Shown here piece by piece: positions 29,800 through 42,771 of a stretch of 64,000 nucleotides of DNA. The translations under genes and the position numbers were made by a program. Positions within the stretch are counted from its first letter, which is position 1. Every line of letters starts with the position of its first letter. Below the pieces are notes generated by a model. That model ran no database searches, was not told where the DNA came from, and saw only the letters and a program-made list of their open reading frames with translations. The DNA is from Octopus sinensis (lineage: Eukaryota): positions 67,270,001 through 67,334,000 of the forward strand of contig NC_042998.1 of the NCBI RefSeq assembly GCF_006345805.1, written 5' to 3'.

Positions 29800-30290
29800 A
29801 TCGTTGCGTCAATTTCAGGCATTTGCTAACGATGTTTTACTCCTCTCACTACATATTCTGCATTTGTCGCCATCGGTAGTATTGTCAATTCTGCACTTCA
29901 TATAATTGGACCTTAACGCTTGTTCCTGAGCTGCGCAAATGCGTACCTCTGTCTGTATCTTCAGGTCACTCCTCTTCGCCCATAGCCACCGGTATTCTGT
30001 ATCTGTCTTGGCGTTAACATCGGTTGCAAACTAACCGTGCATTTTTTCTTCCATGCTTTTCCTTTTGTTTTTTTTTTCATTTCTTGTTAAAATTATTTTT
30101 TAGTTACACAACTTTCAGTCTTAATGACGCTGACCTTCATCGTGTGTTTCAACAAAGGCTGAACGGTATTTTTTATGTACCACCTTAGGCTATTTTTCCT
30201 CGCTCTTCAGCAATTTTCGTATACCACCGTGGGCTGTTTTCCTCGCTCCATGGTATTTTTTATTCCCCCTTAGGCTATTTTCCTCGCTCC
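29800..30290 (-). mobile_element. R4/Dong-type LINE fragment (same family as 26710-27890)
   Basis: Clear nucleotide similarity to 27290-27660 (gctaacgatgttttac...ttcacatata...ccttaacgcttgttc). Confidence 0.85.
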
Positions 30291-30299
30291 ACGGCATTA

Positions 30300-31175
30300 T
30301 TATAATTATTCCTTCGTAACACAGTGTAGGTAAAAATGCACCGGAGTGACATCTGTCAAGTCACAACAAGGACGTCAGAATATAATACTCTCCTTAAGAT
30401 GTGCGTTGTGCACAATAAGGCTAATTTTTGCAAGTTATCTAACTCGCATGGGATTTCCAGTTGCCTTATGAATTCTTGAAGTTTTAATGGGATTGAGCAC
30501 AATGCTCTTATCACTATTAGTATCACTTTTTACATTACCCTCTTGCATTCCATACTGTCTTGCCATTTCTACTTTCATTTCGGAGTACTTTGTGATTTTC
30601 TCACCCTCTTTACATTCATGTCATTTGGTATGGCTACATTAATGATTTGACAGTTTTTGTCTCTGTTATTCAATAAGACAATATCCGGTCCACGGTGTTC
30701 GATTACACGATCCATCTGAAAATCATTGCTCCAGAGCATCGATTATTTTCCATCCTCCTGCATAACTTTACTTGGTACATGCTCATACCAGTGCTTTGTT
30801 ACTTCATATTGGTATTTACAGCATAAGCTCCACTGAAGATACACACACACATTATTGTGTTCTTTTTGTGCAAGGCTCTCACATCCACTTATCAAGTGGG
30901 TCACATTTTCCACACTCTTTCCTGAGAGTCTGCATTTCTAGAAGTCAGAAGTTTTATAAATGTTATACTTCAATGAATTGGTAGTAAGTGCCTGGTCTTT
31001 TGCATAATGATGAGGCTTTCGGTGGTACACTTAAAATCACATCACTCAGTCCATGCTCACGATGCTGTATTATCCTTACCGTCCTGTGTATTCCTTTCTA
31101 ACAGTCTTTGTATTCTCATTTCAAGAAGGTCTTCTTTTCTCTTCTCCTCAGCTCTTCCTTGCCCATTATTTCATT
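30300..31175 (-). mobile_element. Decayed R4/Dong-type LINE 3' fragment, a different family
   Basis: Minus-strand remnants KDQALTTNS, HRGPDIVLLN, KYSEMKVEMAR and QKLALLCTTHILRRVL. The 3' end runs into AAT repeats at about 30300. Confidence 0.75.
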
Positions 31176-31299
31176 TCCATATATACCCATATCTTTCGCG
31201 CGACATATTGATTATTATTGTGTTTTAAAATAAAATATGGCCCGTTGCCCTCTGTTGAATCGGGGTCATCTCTTGACCCTAGGGTCACAGCAGGTCGTC

Positions 31300-31358
<59 letters not shown>
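31300..31358 (+). repeat. (ATT)n microsatellite
   Basis: Direct reading. Confidence 0.96.
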
Positions 31359-31359
<1 letters not shown>

Positions 31360-31639
31360 GACGAAGAACACCATTCGGACGTAATAGATATTGAACGACA
31401 GTTCAACAGCAAGTCTGTCTTTGTCAAGTTCAATAAGAAGTGATAAAAATAAAAAATTATAGAAACTTAAACGTAGAGTATGAACGAGAGCAACCAGCGT
31501 TGATGGAATTACATCATCAGTCTTTAAGTTTCAATTTCATAACAGGCGAATAGAAAAAAGACATAAAGAGAGATGAAAAAAAGAGAAAAAGAAGAATATT
31601 TAATCAAACTGCTTTGTATAAATTGGATGATATTGTCCT

Positions 31640-32700
31640 GTCATTTTATTCATAACACACAAACATATTTCTCCTCATGTATTCTAAGAAGTGAAAGTGA
31701 AGCAGATTCAGAATATTTTCTGAGAATATGCATTTTCAAGTTTTTTTCATTTGTACATCATTATGCCAAACGCGGTTACAATGAAAAGGAAACAGCAAAT
31801 GAAGTAGCTAAAATTAGCAAAGATAGTCAAACCTTCACGCATAATTTCACTAAACACAATGCATTAAATGACAGAATTGCTTTAGTGATTAACTGGCACC
31901 GAAATTTCGCTGGCATTTCATAAGTGCTGCATGAAAGTTACCAGCATGTGGCAAAAAAATTTCGTCGTTTCAAACAGATATTTCCTCAGCCGCCTATTGT
32001 AGCCTTTAGACGGAATAAGAATATAAGAGAATTATTGACCTCTATTTCTAGCTCCAAGAAAACGAACATCGTTGTATCTGCACTCTGTACCTTGAAAAAC
32101 AGCCGCAAGAGAGGTAAGCGCTGTTCATAGTGCAACAACATGAGTCAAGTGAATTCCATCAGGAATCATGACAGAAATGTTATGATTTATACAAATGTTG
32201 AGACATGTAGAGATTTCCATTTGGTGCACGCGGCAGAATGCACGAAACGCAATTTAAATTATGTTAGTTGTACAACAGAACAATTAAGCAAAAATGTTTA
32301 ATGGGCACAGATTCAACATCAGGCACTATAACAGTAGTTCGACAGAACTTGCCGAACCTTTCGTTTCAAACGGGTGCAGTTTTGTAAAAGACTTGAAATT
32401 GCATATTCTCAGAAAATATTCTGAATCTACTCCACTTTCACTTCTCAGAATGCATGTGGAGAAATATGTTTGTGGGTTATTAACATCACGCCCTGGAGGA
32501 ATGAATAAAATATCAGAATATCAAATTTATACAAAATTGTTTGATTAATATTCTTCTTTTTCTCTTTTCTCTTTCCTCTTTTTTCTGTCTTTTGTTTCTG
32601 TCTTCTGTTATGTCTTTTTCTTTTCGCCTGTTATAAAACTGAAACTTAAAGACCGATGATATCATTCCATCATCGTGTGGACGCTGGCTGCTCTTATTCA
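31640..32700 (+). mobile_element. Decayed Penelope-like element (post-RT region, GIY-YIG, tail)
   Basis: Frames read HYAKRGY, FPQPPIVAFRRNKNIRELL, HLVHAAEC..NLNYVSCTTEQL, FNGHR and GLLTSRPGGMN. Confidence 0.82.
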
Positions 32701-32876
32701 CATTTTACATTTAAATTTTTAATAATTTAGAATTTCTATCAGTTCTTATTTTGAACTTGACAAAGACAGACTTGCTGTTGAAATATCGTTCAACCAATAA
32801 AATATCAATTACAAGCGAATCGCTCTTCGTCTTGACTGTTTACCTTTGTGAAGATGTACGTCAATCCTTTTTAAAA

Positions 32877-32877
<1 letters not shown>

Positions 32878-32942
<65 letters not shown>

Positions 32943-32945
32943 TAC

Positions 32946-33029
<84 letters not shown>

Positions 33030-33042
33030 CATTATTATTATT
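32878..33042 (+). repeat. (ATT)n microsatellite
   Basis: Direct reading. Source of the poly-Y pseudo-ORF. Confidence 0.97.
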
Positions 33043-33356
33043 GCCTTAGCACAGCTTCTAGCGCTGTAGACGTACTACAGTGTCAGCTGTTCACCAGTGA
33101 ACTAAAGTAACACCTCTTATTTTTCGAGCACCTTCCGAAGTAATCGAGCGGTTCCAAGTGGTGGTGGTACTGGTGCGTTTTGGCACACTGACTTCTGAAA
33201 CAGATTTTCTATGACTAAGTAATTCAATCCACGTCTGAATTTCGAAAAAAGGTTTACCCAAGAATTGACGACTGCAGAACAATTGCTGGTTATATAAAGA
33301 AGATATATGTGAATATTTGTCCCTCATCTGGTCGTTGCGAAAGGATATCTTCATGC

Positions 33357-33404
<48 letters not shown>

Positions 33405-33915
33405 CAGCAGCCTTTACCAGCACTAATAGTAGTAATAGAATTATCATCATCATTAGCAGTCTCACCAAAAAGGTAGTAAAATCTAACAACAGTAGTAGCC
33501 AGAGTAATAGTAGTAACATCATCAGCAGCAGCAGCGACATCATCGTTCTAATAAAATGTTTCGATCTTTTTCCTAGATCTTCATAAGAAAATAATTTCCG
33601 GCGACTCAGCAAAATCATTCCACAATCACAATTAATCGTTTTACAGAAAGCAGAATTTGATTATTTCCCACAAATCGACCTTGACAGAGCTTCTTTGGCT
33701 GAATTTGTACATTGCACAGCAATCTTTCTGGGACAGCGATTTCAAGAGATTTGACCAAAAATATCGATCTCCAGGACTGGCTGCATTGCCCATACGTACA
33801 CATACACGTATACATACACACATACACAAACACGCACGCACTCATATACAAACGCACACACGCATAATGCATAATGGACAGAGTAAAAAAAATTACTACA
33901 CATACATTATATTTA

Positions 33916-34145
<230 letters not shown>

Positions 34146-34705
34146 CAGACAGACATACAATACACACGTGCCGCACAACCAGATACTCTTCCACCGGTAT
34201 ACACACACATTCTACGGTCTCAACCACGTATGAATGCACACTTCTACGTACATACATACATACATATTTGTGTGTGTGTATATGTGTGTGTGTGAGTTAG
34301 TGTTTGTGTGTGTGCATGCGTGTGCATGCGTGTGTGTTCGTGTGTGTGATAATTTATTTCTGCGCTCGTGTGGCTGTGAGTGTGTTCGTTCATATTAGCA
34401 TTCGGGTGGAAATAAATACATTCCAAGGAAAATCCCCATCGGTATTAGTGTCAGATTAAATAATCTCCCCTTTCGTCAATGTCCACTTTGTATTTCGTAT
34501 CTCACGAGAATGGTGAAATATTTTGTAAACAAAAGCTAAAATCTCGAATGTTTTGTGACTAAATTCCCAGGGGTAATTGTTTACATCAAAAGCCTTCAAA
34601 ATTTTAGAATCAAATTTAAATATCTAATTACGGAATTGCAGTTATATAGATGTAAATATTCAACAAAGCACTTCAAAAATTTATTTTCCAACAACTCATA
34701 TACGT

Positions 34706-34806
34706 AAATACATACATACACACATGCATACATACATACATACATACATACATACATACATACATACATACATACATACATACATACATACATACATACA
34801 TACATA
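34706..34806 (+). repeat. (CATA)n microsatellite
   Basis: Direct reading. Confidence 0.96.
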
Positions 34807-35948
34807 GGTCACGCTTAGAAAGACAAATAAATTTATGAGTGAGATACCAAAAACTGTAAGCTTCTCAAATGCAACAGTTACATAGGTCAAACTTGCATGG
34901 TACTGTTTTGGAGGCTTACCCTGCAGTTTAAGCAATATGCACTGGTAACACACTATACCACATCCTACACAATAAAGAGAGATAGAAAAATATGAATAGC
35001 AATTATTTCTGTAGTAATATATCTGTCAAGGGCGATTTAAATCTAGTATTGGTCGACAAATTATCACTATATAGACTTTCATGTGTATTTTTGTTCTTGT
35101 ATTGTATCAAATCTGGGTTGGAACTTTACATATCATAGTAGTAATTCCTACTATGATATTGTTGATAAAACTTGTCCTTTGTCTATCTACTTATCCTTTT
35201 TGTGATTTTGATTAATGGAATAACTATTCAAATGAATCATTTGAATTTAACTAAATTCTATACTTTTTATGCAGCTGAAGATTGCTCTACATTTTAAAAC
35301 TGATGTAATATTTGTATTCTTCAGTTAAATGGAGTCGCATGAAACGATCGTACTGCATTACCTCTGGATATCCTTGTTGCTTATTTATATTATATATATA
35401 TAAGTGTGGGTATGTGTGCATGTTTGTGCATATACATGTATGTAAACACAGACACACACGCAAGGAGATGTTCATGTATCAGTGTATTTCTGCATGTACA
35501 ACTCTATATATGCATCAGCATATCTATATACAATTTAGTAAACTATATATATAATGTATTCGTTTCTATTTTAGTAACCATTTTATTACCACACACAGCT
35601 GAGTACTTTCATGGCCTATGGCCAGCTTAATCTTATGAGTGACAACAATATACCAATATCGTTATCAACTTTTTGTTAATCATTTTAACTATATTTCATA
35701 TACTTTCATTTGATCTAAAGATTAAAATATCTTTATTTTAGCGTCCCATATACATTTCATTATTAACTTCAAAATCGTTAGATCGGGGTTTCGTGTTTTT
35801 CTATATGAAGCATTCGCCAAAATTATTAATACACTTTTGAGTATAATCTTTTCATAACTTAGTATCGTGACGTTTCTTGCCAGACACACACACACATGCA
35901 TACACATACACATACACGCACATACAAATATATATATATAATATATAT

Positions 35949-35994
<46 letters not shown>

Positions 35995-36919
35995 CATGAT
36001 AGATTTCAAAACTTCTCCAAAATTAAATTCTGTTGTATTAAATTTCTTATTGAAAAAGAAAACCTGATTAAATATAAAATATATATTAGTCATGTTCTTC
36101 TACAGTGGCCATTTTATTTTCCCATGATTGATATTCCACCTTTTATTCCTTTCCTTTATATTTCGTCTTTATGAGAAACTCTTTCTTTCTATTTCCCTTC
36201 CAGCAATTATCTCTTTCATTGCCGTCCTTCATTGACGAATCTAATAATTTATCTTGAATTCTATGCCTTTTAGATTGAAATGATTTTTCAATTCAGTCGG
36301 AATGATTGGCAGGAGCACGCAAAACAGTCCATCCTATAATTCATACCGACCAGCGTCTATTATCCATAATACAAGCCAAAGCAAACAGGAGTTTGATGAT
36401 TAGATTCAAAGAAAGTTTTGCATTTTGAAAATATTTTTTTCTTTTTTAGTTTTCATTTCCCTATCTTTCTCTCCTTCACCAATCCCATACAGGCCCAAAG
36501 GACGTAGAAACACACTTAAAAACACACATACAGACAAGCATGTGCGCGTGAGAGTATGAGGGTGTATATCTTATAATTAATTTCACGACAGTCTTTGTGT
36601 TTAATTTTAAATATAAAGTTTAACATTCTTTTTTAGAATTAACCTTACTTTTGCCGTGGGCAAAAAAAAGTATCCTATGTAGCTTCAGGCTTGCTTAACT
36701 TTTGTCATTAAAGTAATATTTGTCTCCTGGCTTCCTAATATGTTTGTAGATTTTGTCCTTTTGTAATGTATAAAAATTGAGATAGAGCTAAAGTCCAATT
36801 CGCGTAAAAGTCCATGCACTAACACTTTTCACTAATCAATTAAATAGTTAATTGATCTGTTGACATTGCACTGAACATGCTTTTTTTGGTAAAATATAAT
36901 GTTAATATATCAATTCAAC

Positions 36920-37129
36920 AAGGCAGTGAGTTGATAGAATCACCAGTACCTCGGTGAAATTGCTTAGCAGCATTTCGTCCTTCTTTATTCTGAGTTCAAA
37001 TTCCGCTGAGGTTGGCTTTGCTTTTCTTCATTTCAAAGTCGATAAAATAGGTACCAGTTGCGTGCTGGGATCGATGTAACTGACTTTCCCCTTCCCCCGA
37101 ATTTGCTGGTCTTGTGCCAACATTTGAAA
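36920..37129 (+). mobile_element. SINE family B with degenerate TSD
   Basis: GAGTTCAAATTCCGCTGAGG body. Flanks TTAATATATCAATTCA (36902-36917) and TTAATATATTGATTCA (37130-37145). Confidence 0.85.
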
Positions 37130-39656
37130 TTAATATATTGATTCAGTTTTATGTCAAAAGATGTGCACAGTGTTGAAACTGTTCTGTACAACATGTTTAA
37201 ATTCCAGACATTGTACACACAGAGTTATAAAATTGTTGCTTATTGTAACACCAACCCGATTGTTATTTGTTTCCATCAACTAGATTGCCGGAGCCTTCCT
37301 TTGACTGGGAAGTGCTGGCAGTTTTCCTATACCCTGTGGTCATGGCTAAAATGTTTGTATTTTTGTTTAATTTGAAACGGATAACATTTTTCTCTATTCG
37401 TCCAAGCTACATAAAAATCTTGTGTGTTGGAGATGTAGGTTAGAGAGAAAACTTTGGCTGTTGGAACATTGTAGATTAGAGAAGGCGTGGATAGGAGGGG
37501 CAGTTATATGTATGAGATGACTTTGATAGTTGCAGATAAATCTTTTGGTTGGAGACAAAGATGTGGGTTAGAGGTGTTGATTGATGAAGATGTGCGTAAG
37601 AGAGGAAGATGTGTGTCACAAAAGTAGGTGTGTGTTGAGGAGGATCGTATGAGATATAAAAAAAATAGGTTGTGCCTACCACTAGATTTAATACATATTA
37701 GATAAGAGACGAGAACGGTCTGAGTGAGTAGGCCAATTGGTATCATGGAAATGTAGTTTGTAAGCTGCAAGAGTACTGTTGCTCTTGTGTATGAGGTCAA
37801 TCTGAACATATGGGCTCCTTTGATTGTAAACATGTGGCTCTTCACTCTCGGAAGTATCATTTTATTTGCTTTTTTATCACTGTCTTTTCATACCAATACA
37901 TTTTGTTAATTTTTACAATCGATTCTGTGTAAAAGCTGCTTACTGTGAGTTGCAGTTTAATGTTCTCTCATCTCTTACTCTTGTGGCAAATTATAAAAAG
38001 AAGGACATTATTCATAGTAATAGTAATGATAATGATGACGGGGTTTGTTGTTGTTTAAGATGGTGGTGGTTGTGATGGTGGTAATGATGACAGTGATAAT
38101 AATAACATCGTTGTTGTTGAATTTGCGGTTAAGAAAAAAGACTCACAGATGTGTTTTTGAGCCGAACTAAATTTCCTGCGGCATATAATTATGTGGCTTT
38201 ACATTTTAACCCAAATTTGAATATGAAATTCTTTGCTTTTCAGTTCAGATGAAAACCTGAATAAATACCTCCAGTATACAGCTGTGGATTCGATCGATAA
38301 TAGCTATTTCATAAATTGCGCAACGATTACGAATCGATGCAGCATAATTATTAGGGGGTAGACGATGAAGAATCACTATGATGATCAAAAAGAATATCAT
38401 CCAGCAGTTTATTACGGATTTTTGTAGCGTGAGTTCAATTCCTAATGAAGTAACCTTTAACTTTCATTTTTCTAGTATTTGGTGGAATATGTAGTCGATC
38501 AAACCAAATATAACTCTCCCTTTCAAATCTTTGTATTTTTCTACTTATATTAGATATTATCATTTAAGTTTCCGCTGGGCAGGAAGTCCACTTGCTGCTA
38601 ATATCAGCTCGAGATAAACTCTAGTTGCCGTCCCAGATGAAGCACTGACAAGCTCTGCATCTAATTCACATATACAAATACATTTTTGATGACAGCAACG
38701 TCGAAAATAGGAACGAACTGACATCGGCGCATTTCGTGTTGCTTGTCTTCCTGACCGAGCTGCTATAATCAGTCGAGCGTTGAACGAGGTCGGACATTTC
38801 GCATCGAGAATGTTGACTAGCACTCAAAACACTATACTTGCTGTACAAAGCGGTCTGCCTGAAAATAACTCTAGATAACTATAGATGGTTAGCTGAAGGT
38901 TAATTAATTCGGTAGTTTCTTATGATTTCCTTTTTTAGCAATTACATATATTACCATATACCGTAACCATGTTACAGTGTCATATACTGGAGGTAATACA
39001 TTTTTACACTACGTTTTAGTTTTTACAACATTTGTACTATTAAAATAGCTGCCTATGCGTTCATACATAAGGTCATTGTTATTTTTCATCTGGAATTGGC
39101 AGACAGAAATGCTATGATCAATTTTTGTCTTTATGCTGATGTCAGATTTTCCGTTTCTAAATGTTGTCAGTAGCTTTGTAGTTATCGCTGGCTTTCACGC
39201 AAAAAGTTTTCTCTGTCTCTACATATAGATGATTTTCGAGATTTATTTATTCACTGTATTTTTAAATGAAATCCTTTTCTATATTTTAATAATCATCTTT
39301 ATTTTATTGCTATTCACATACGTTGTTCAGGGTGCATGTACTCTAAGAAAAGCGTTGCGTTGTTTCATCGTGAAACTATTTTGTACTGTATCGGTAAAAT
39401 AGTTTGCATATTATGGCCATGATGTAGCGATCATTATCGCCGGCAATTTCAATATGGCAGAAATACCTGACAGTAATTCACTTTCGTGTAGCGTTTCTTA
39501 CTTTGTCAATATTCCACATCTGTCTATCTATACTCCCATAAAATGGGCGTGCTGATGTTGTTCTTGTAGCTCACATTACTCGTATCACTTGCTTAGCACC
39601 AACTGAACCGAAATAGAGATTTTGTTTGAGCAATGCCATCTATCTACCTATCTATC

Positions 39657-39706
<50 letters not shown>

Positions 39707-39763
39707 TGTATGTGTGTGTCTGTGTCTGTGTGTACGTATATATGTATATATCTATATATATTT

Positions 39764-39799
<36 letters not shown>

Positions 39800-39817
39800 A
39801 TATATATATATATATAT

Positions 39818-39962
39818 AGAAGGGGTTTTTTCTTTGTGTTACTTGTCCTGTACTCTATTTTTTTGTTGTTGTTTAAAAAAATGTCCAGTTCCTTTGGTTT
39901 GCGTCTATGTTTTCGTTTCTCATTGTGTTCGACGTCTTTTTGGTGTCCTGTACTCATATATG
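39818..39962 (+). mobile_element. Interspersed repeat fragment inside (TA)n, probably a Penelope-like tail
   Basis: Similar to the reverse complement of 48988-49115 (cttgtcctgtact...gttttcgtttctc...gtgtcctgtactc). TA tracts on both sides. Confidence 0.65.
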
Positions 39963-39996
39963 CGTGTATATATATGCATATGTTTTATTTTAGTTA

Positions 39997-40034
<38 letters not shown>

Positions 40035-40479
40035 TATATTCCTTATTATACATAAAGTACTGAATCTTTTACTTCTGCCTTTTCTGTATTTGGATTTAAG
40101 TCGCAAGACCGGATTACGTCCCATTGTACTAATTTTGTGAATGCAATTTGTATCGTATCATTTACTAAGGAGTAGGAGTCAGTGATACGATAGATCTTGG
40201 GAAATATGTAAATGGTCTTCTCATGACCAGTTGCAGACCTCCCAAGATCAGTGAAATGAAGTGAAAGAGTGAGGTACACTGAAACGTAACGTCTGGCCTG
40301 AATGATTGCAATAGATTTCATTGCGCTAAAAGCTACCAAAGGATTATACAAATCTTGTATTACATGCATATTTATTATACAATGTAGATGTCTCAAACCA
40401 TAGACAGCATGACGATACATTGCCTTATTTAATACATTGAGCCTTGCTCTATCTACTGAATGGTGTTTATAATATGTAC

Positions 40480-40521
40480 TATTATTATTATTTTTATTTT
40501 TATTATTATTATTATTATTAC

Positions 40522-40570
<49 letters not shown>

Positions 40571-40640
40571 ATTATTATTATTATTATTATATTATTATTA
40601 TTATTATTATTATTATATTATTATTATTATTATTATTATT
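40480..40640 (+). repeat. (ATT)n microsatellite
   Basis: Direct reading. Confidence 0.96.
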
Positions 40641-41168
40641 GTGTTGCATGATTTTAATTGCTGCATTTAAAGCTACCAGCATGCGTTACTTTAATTGCTT
40701 GGTTATATCTATTGAATGAAATCTAGTTGAGAAATACCTAATGATTATGATATTTATTCGGATGAATTTCTTCGATTAATGCTGGTATTCCATGAGGTCT
40801 TCTTTCAGATATTTAGTATTTCATATAAACATTTCTCTTGAGGTAACACTGCATACTTAATGAATCAGACACCGGTGTCTGAACGGCCGTCACTTATGTG
40901 TTTCTTAATAAGTATTTCATAAGTGGTATAATTTTCCGTTTTGCGGGGTTTTTTTAAATGTCTTTCACAGCTCTCATCAGCATTAATTGCTGCAATAGCA
41001 GATATATTAAGAAATAAGCTTTATTGGGATTTAATACATAGGTTTCTATTTTTATATTAGTTCAAATCACATCAATTTTGATTAAGAAATGGGAAGTTTG
41101 CTTCCTAATCACATGTTTCCGTGTTTACACTCACTGCATGTCATTTTGGGTAATTGCCTTCTACTATA

Positions 41169-41516
41169 GGTGCAGCGTAGATGTGTGGTAAGAAGCTTGC
41201 CTCCCAACAACATGGTTCCAGGTTCAGGTGCAATGAGTGGCACCTTGGGCAAGTACCTTTTCTGCTTTAGTCTCGGGCCGACCAAAGACTTCTGAGTCGA
41301 TTTGGTAGACGGAAACGGAAAGAAGTTTTATCTATATATGTGTGTGTGTGCATGTTTGTGTTTGTGTCCTCTTAACTTTCTGATTCGGCAAAAGAGACCA
41401 ATAGAATAAGTCTTAATCTTACAAAGAATAAGCCTAGGGATTGATTTGTTCGACTAAAGGTGGTGTTCCAGCATGGCCGCAGCCAAATGACTGAAACAGG
41501 AAAAGGAATAAAAGAG
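41169..41516 (+). mobile_element. SINE family A
   Basis: Colinear with 14621-15033: ggcaccttgggcaag, internal TG tract, cagcatggccgcagccaaatgactgaaac. Confidence 0.88.
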
Positions 41517-41558
41517 TATAGTCTTGGATGGAACAAAGTCTTATTATTATTATTATTA

Positions 41559-41618
<60 letters not shown>

Positions 41619-41631
41619 CATTATTATTATT

Positions 41632-42144
41632 GAGTCAGAGAGCAGTTCATGCCATCAAAGTGACACTGGGGTAAAATATACGAAGCCCAATATACCCATC
41701 ATGACTACCCGTCTGATAAGGGTACACCAGGCACATGCATCACAACCATATGTGCGTGACATGGTGATCTCATATCAAGATAAACAGCGCATGACCTTGC
41801 AGGTGGGGCCCAGTTAGAATTTTCTTCAGGTTGAGTAGCCCATCCCGCTCAAAAGGTCCCTGAATAAGAGTTGTTTAAGGATGTTGAAAGAACTACCCAT
41901 GTTTCCAGAGGTGAATTATTCAAACCCCAAAGAATCCCTCTCAACACATGGCTATGATGCTCCCCCACTACTTCTGCTCGTGATCAGAAATGCACATATT
42001 GTCAGCCACTAAGGGACATGCTCAACTGGTTACGGTCAAACAACTGACAAGCAAATCTGTGGTGTTGAGCAGAATATTTGCTGTAACCCATCTTTTATAC
42101 CAAGACAAAACAATGTACATGATAACACTTCCAATCAGTTAAGA
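41632..42144. mobile_element. Unclassified ~510-bp element inside (ATT)n
   Basis: GC-richer block with sharp boundaries and ATT repeats on both sides. No ORF homology, Pol III boxes or terminal inverted repeats seen. Confidence 0.5.
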
Positions 42145-42161
42145 TTATTATTATTATTATT

Positions 42162-42575
42162 CTGTTTGACTTTTGCTTTATATTTGTACAAGTTGGCTCC
42201 AAGTCTCACCCAGAGACCTCAAGAGACAACAGGGTTGGAAGTTCATGTTGTTGTTATGTGTGCCATATATTTGGGGGGGGGTGGGGATGTTGTACTAATG
42301 AATGTCTAAAAAAAAAGGGTTTTTTTTTGTTGTTTTTTTAAACCGAAAATTATGTTTCTTTTAAACCTTGAGATTACATAGAGAGTATTTTGCGTAGGAT
42401 ATGAGCAGTTCCCATGAGCACTATCTTTTGAACTTCTGCCATTTTTCGGTTTCCTGGTATCTGAGTTAGGTAGCTATCAGCCCCTTTTGCTATCATTCCC
42501 AGGGCACCTATGACAACAGGTATTGTTTTAGTCTTCAGCTTCCACATTTTGCTGATTTCTATTTCAAGATCTTTA
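42162..42575 (-). mobile_element. 3' end of R4/Dong-type LINE inside (TAA)n
   Basis: Minus strand reads YKDLEIEISKMWKLKTKTIPVVIGALGMIAKG...VQKIVLMGTAHILRKILSM*, then a 3' UTR and (AAT)n. Confidence 0.88.
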
Positions 42576-42586
42576 TAATAATAATA

Positions 42587-42636
<50 letters not shown>

Positions 42637-42698
42637 CATCATCATAATCATCATCATCATCATCATCAACTTCATCATTTTCATCATCATCATCATCA

Positions 42699-42769
<71 letters not shown>

Positions 42770-42770
42770 T
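42576..42770 (+). repeat. (ATT)n/(ATC)n microsatellite
   Basis: Direct reading. Confidence 0.96.
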
Positions 42771-42771
42771 G

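Noticed and set aside
33091-33618. 175-aa minus-strand ORF with a protein-looking C-terminal part
   Set aside because: It is built across AGT/AGC repeats, has no recognisable homology and has no convincing splice-site pair.
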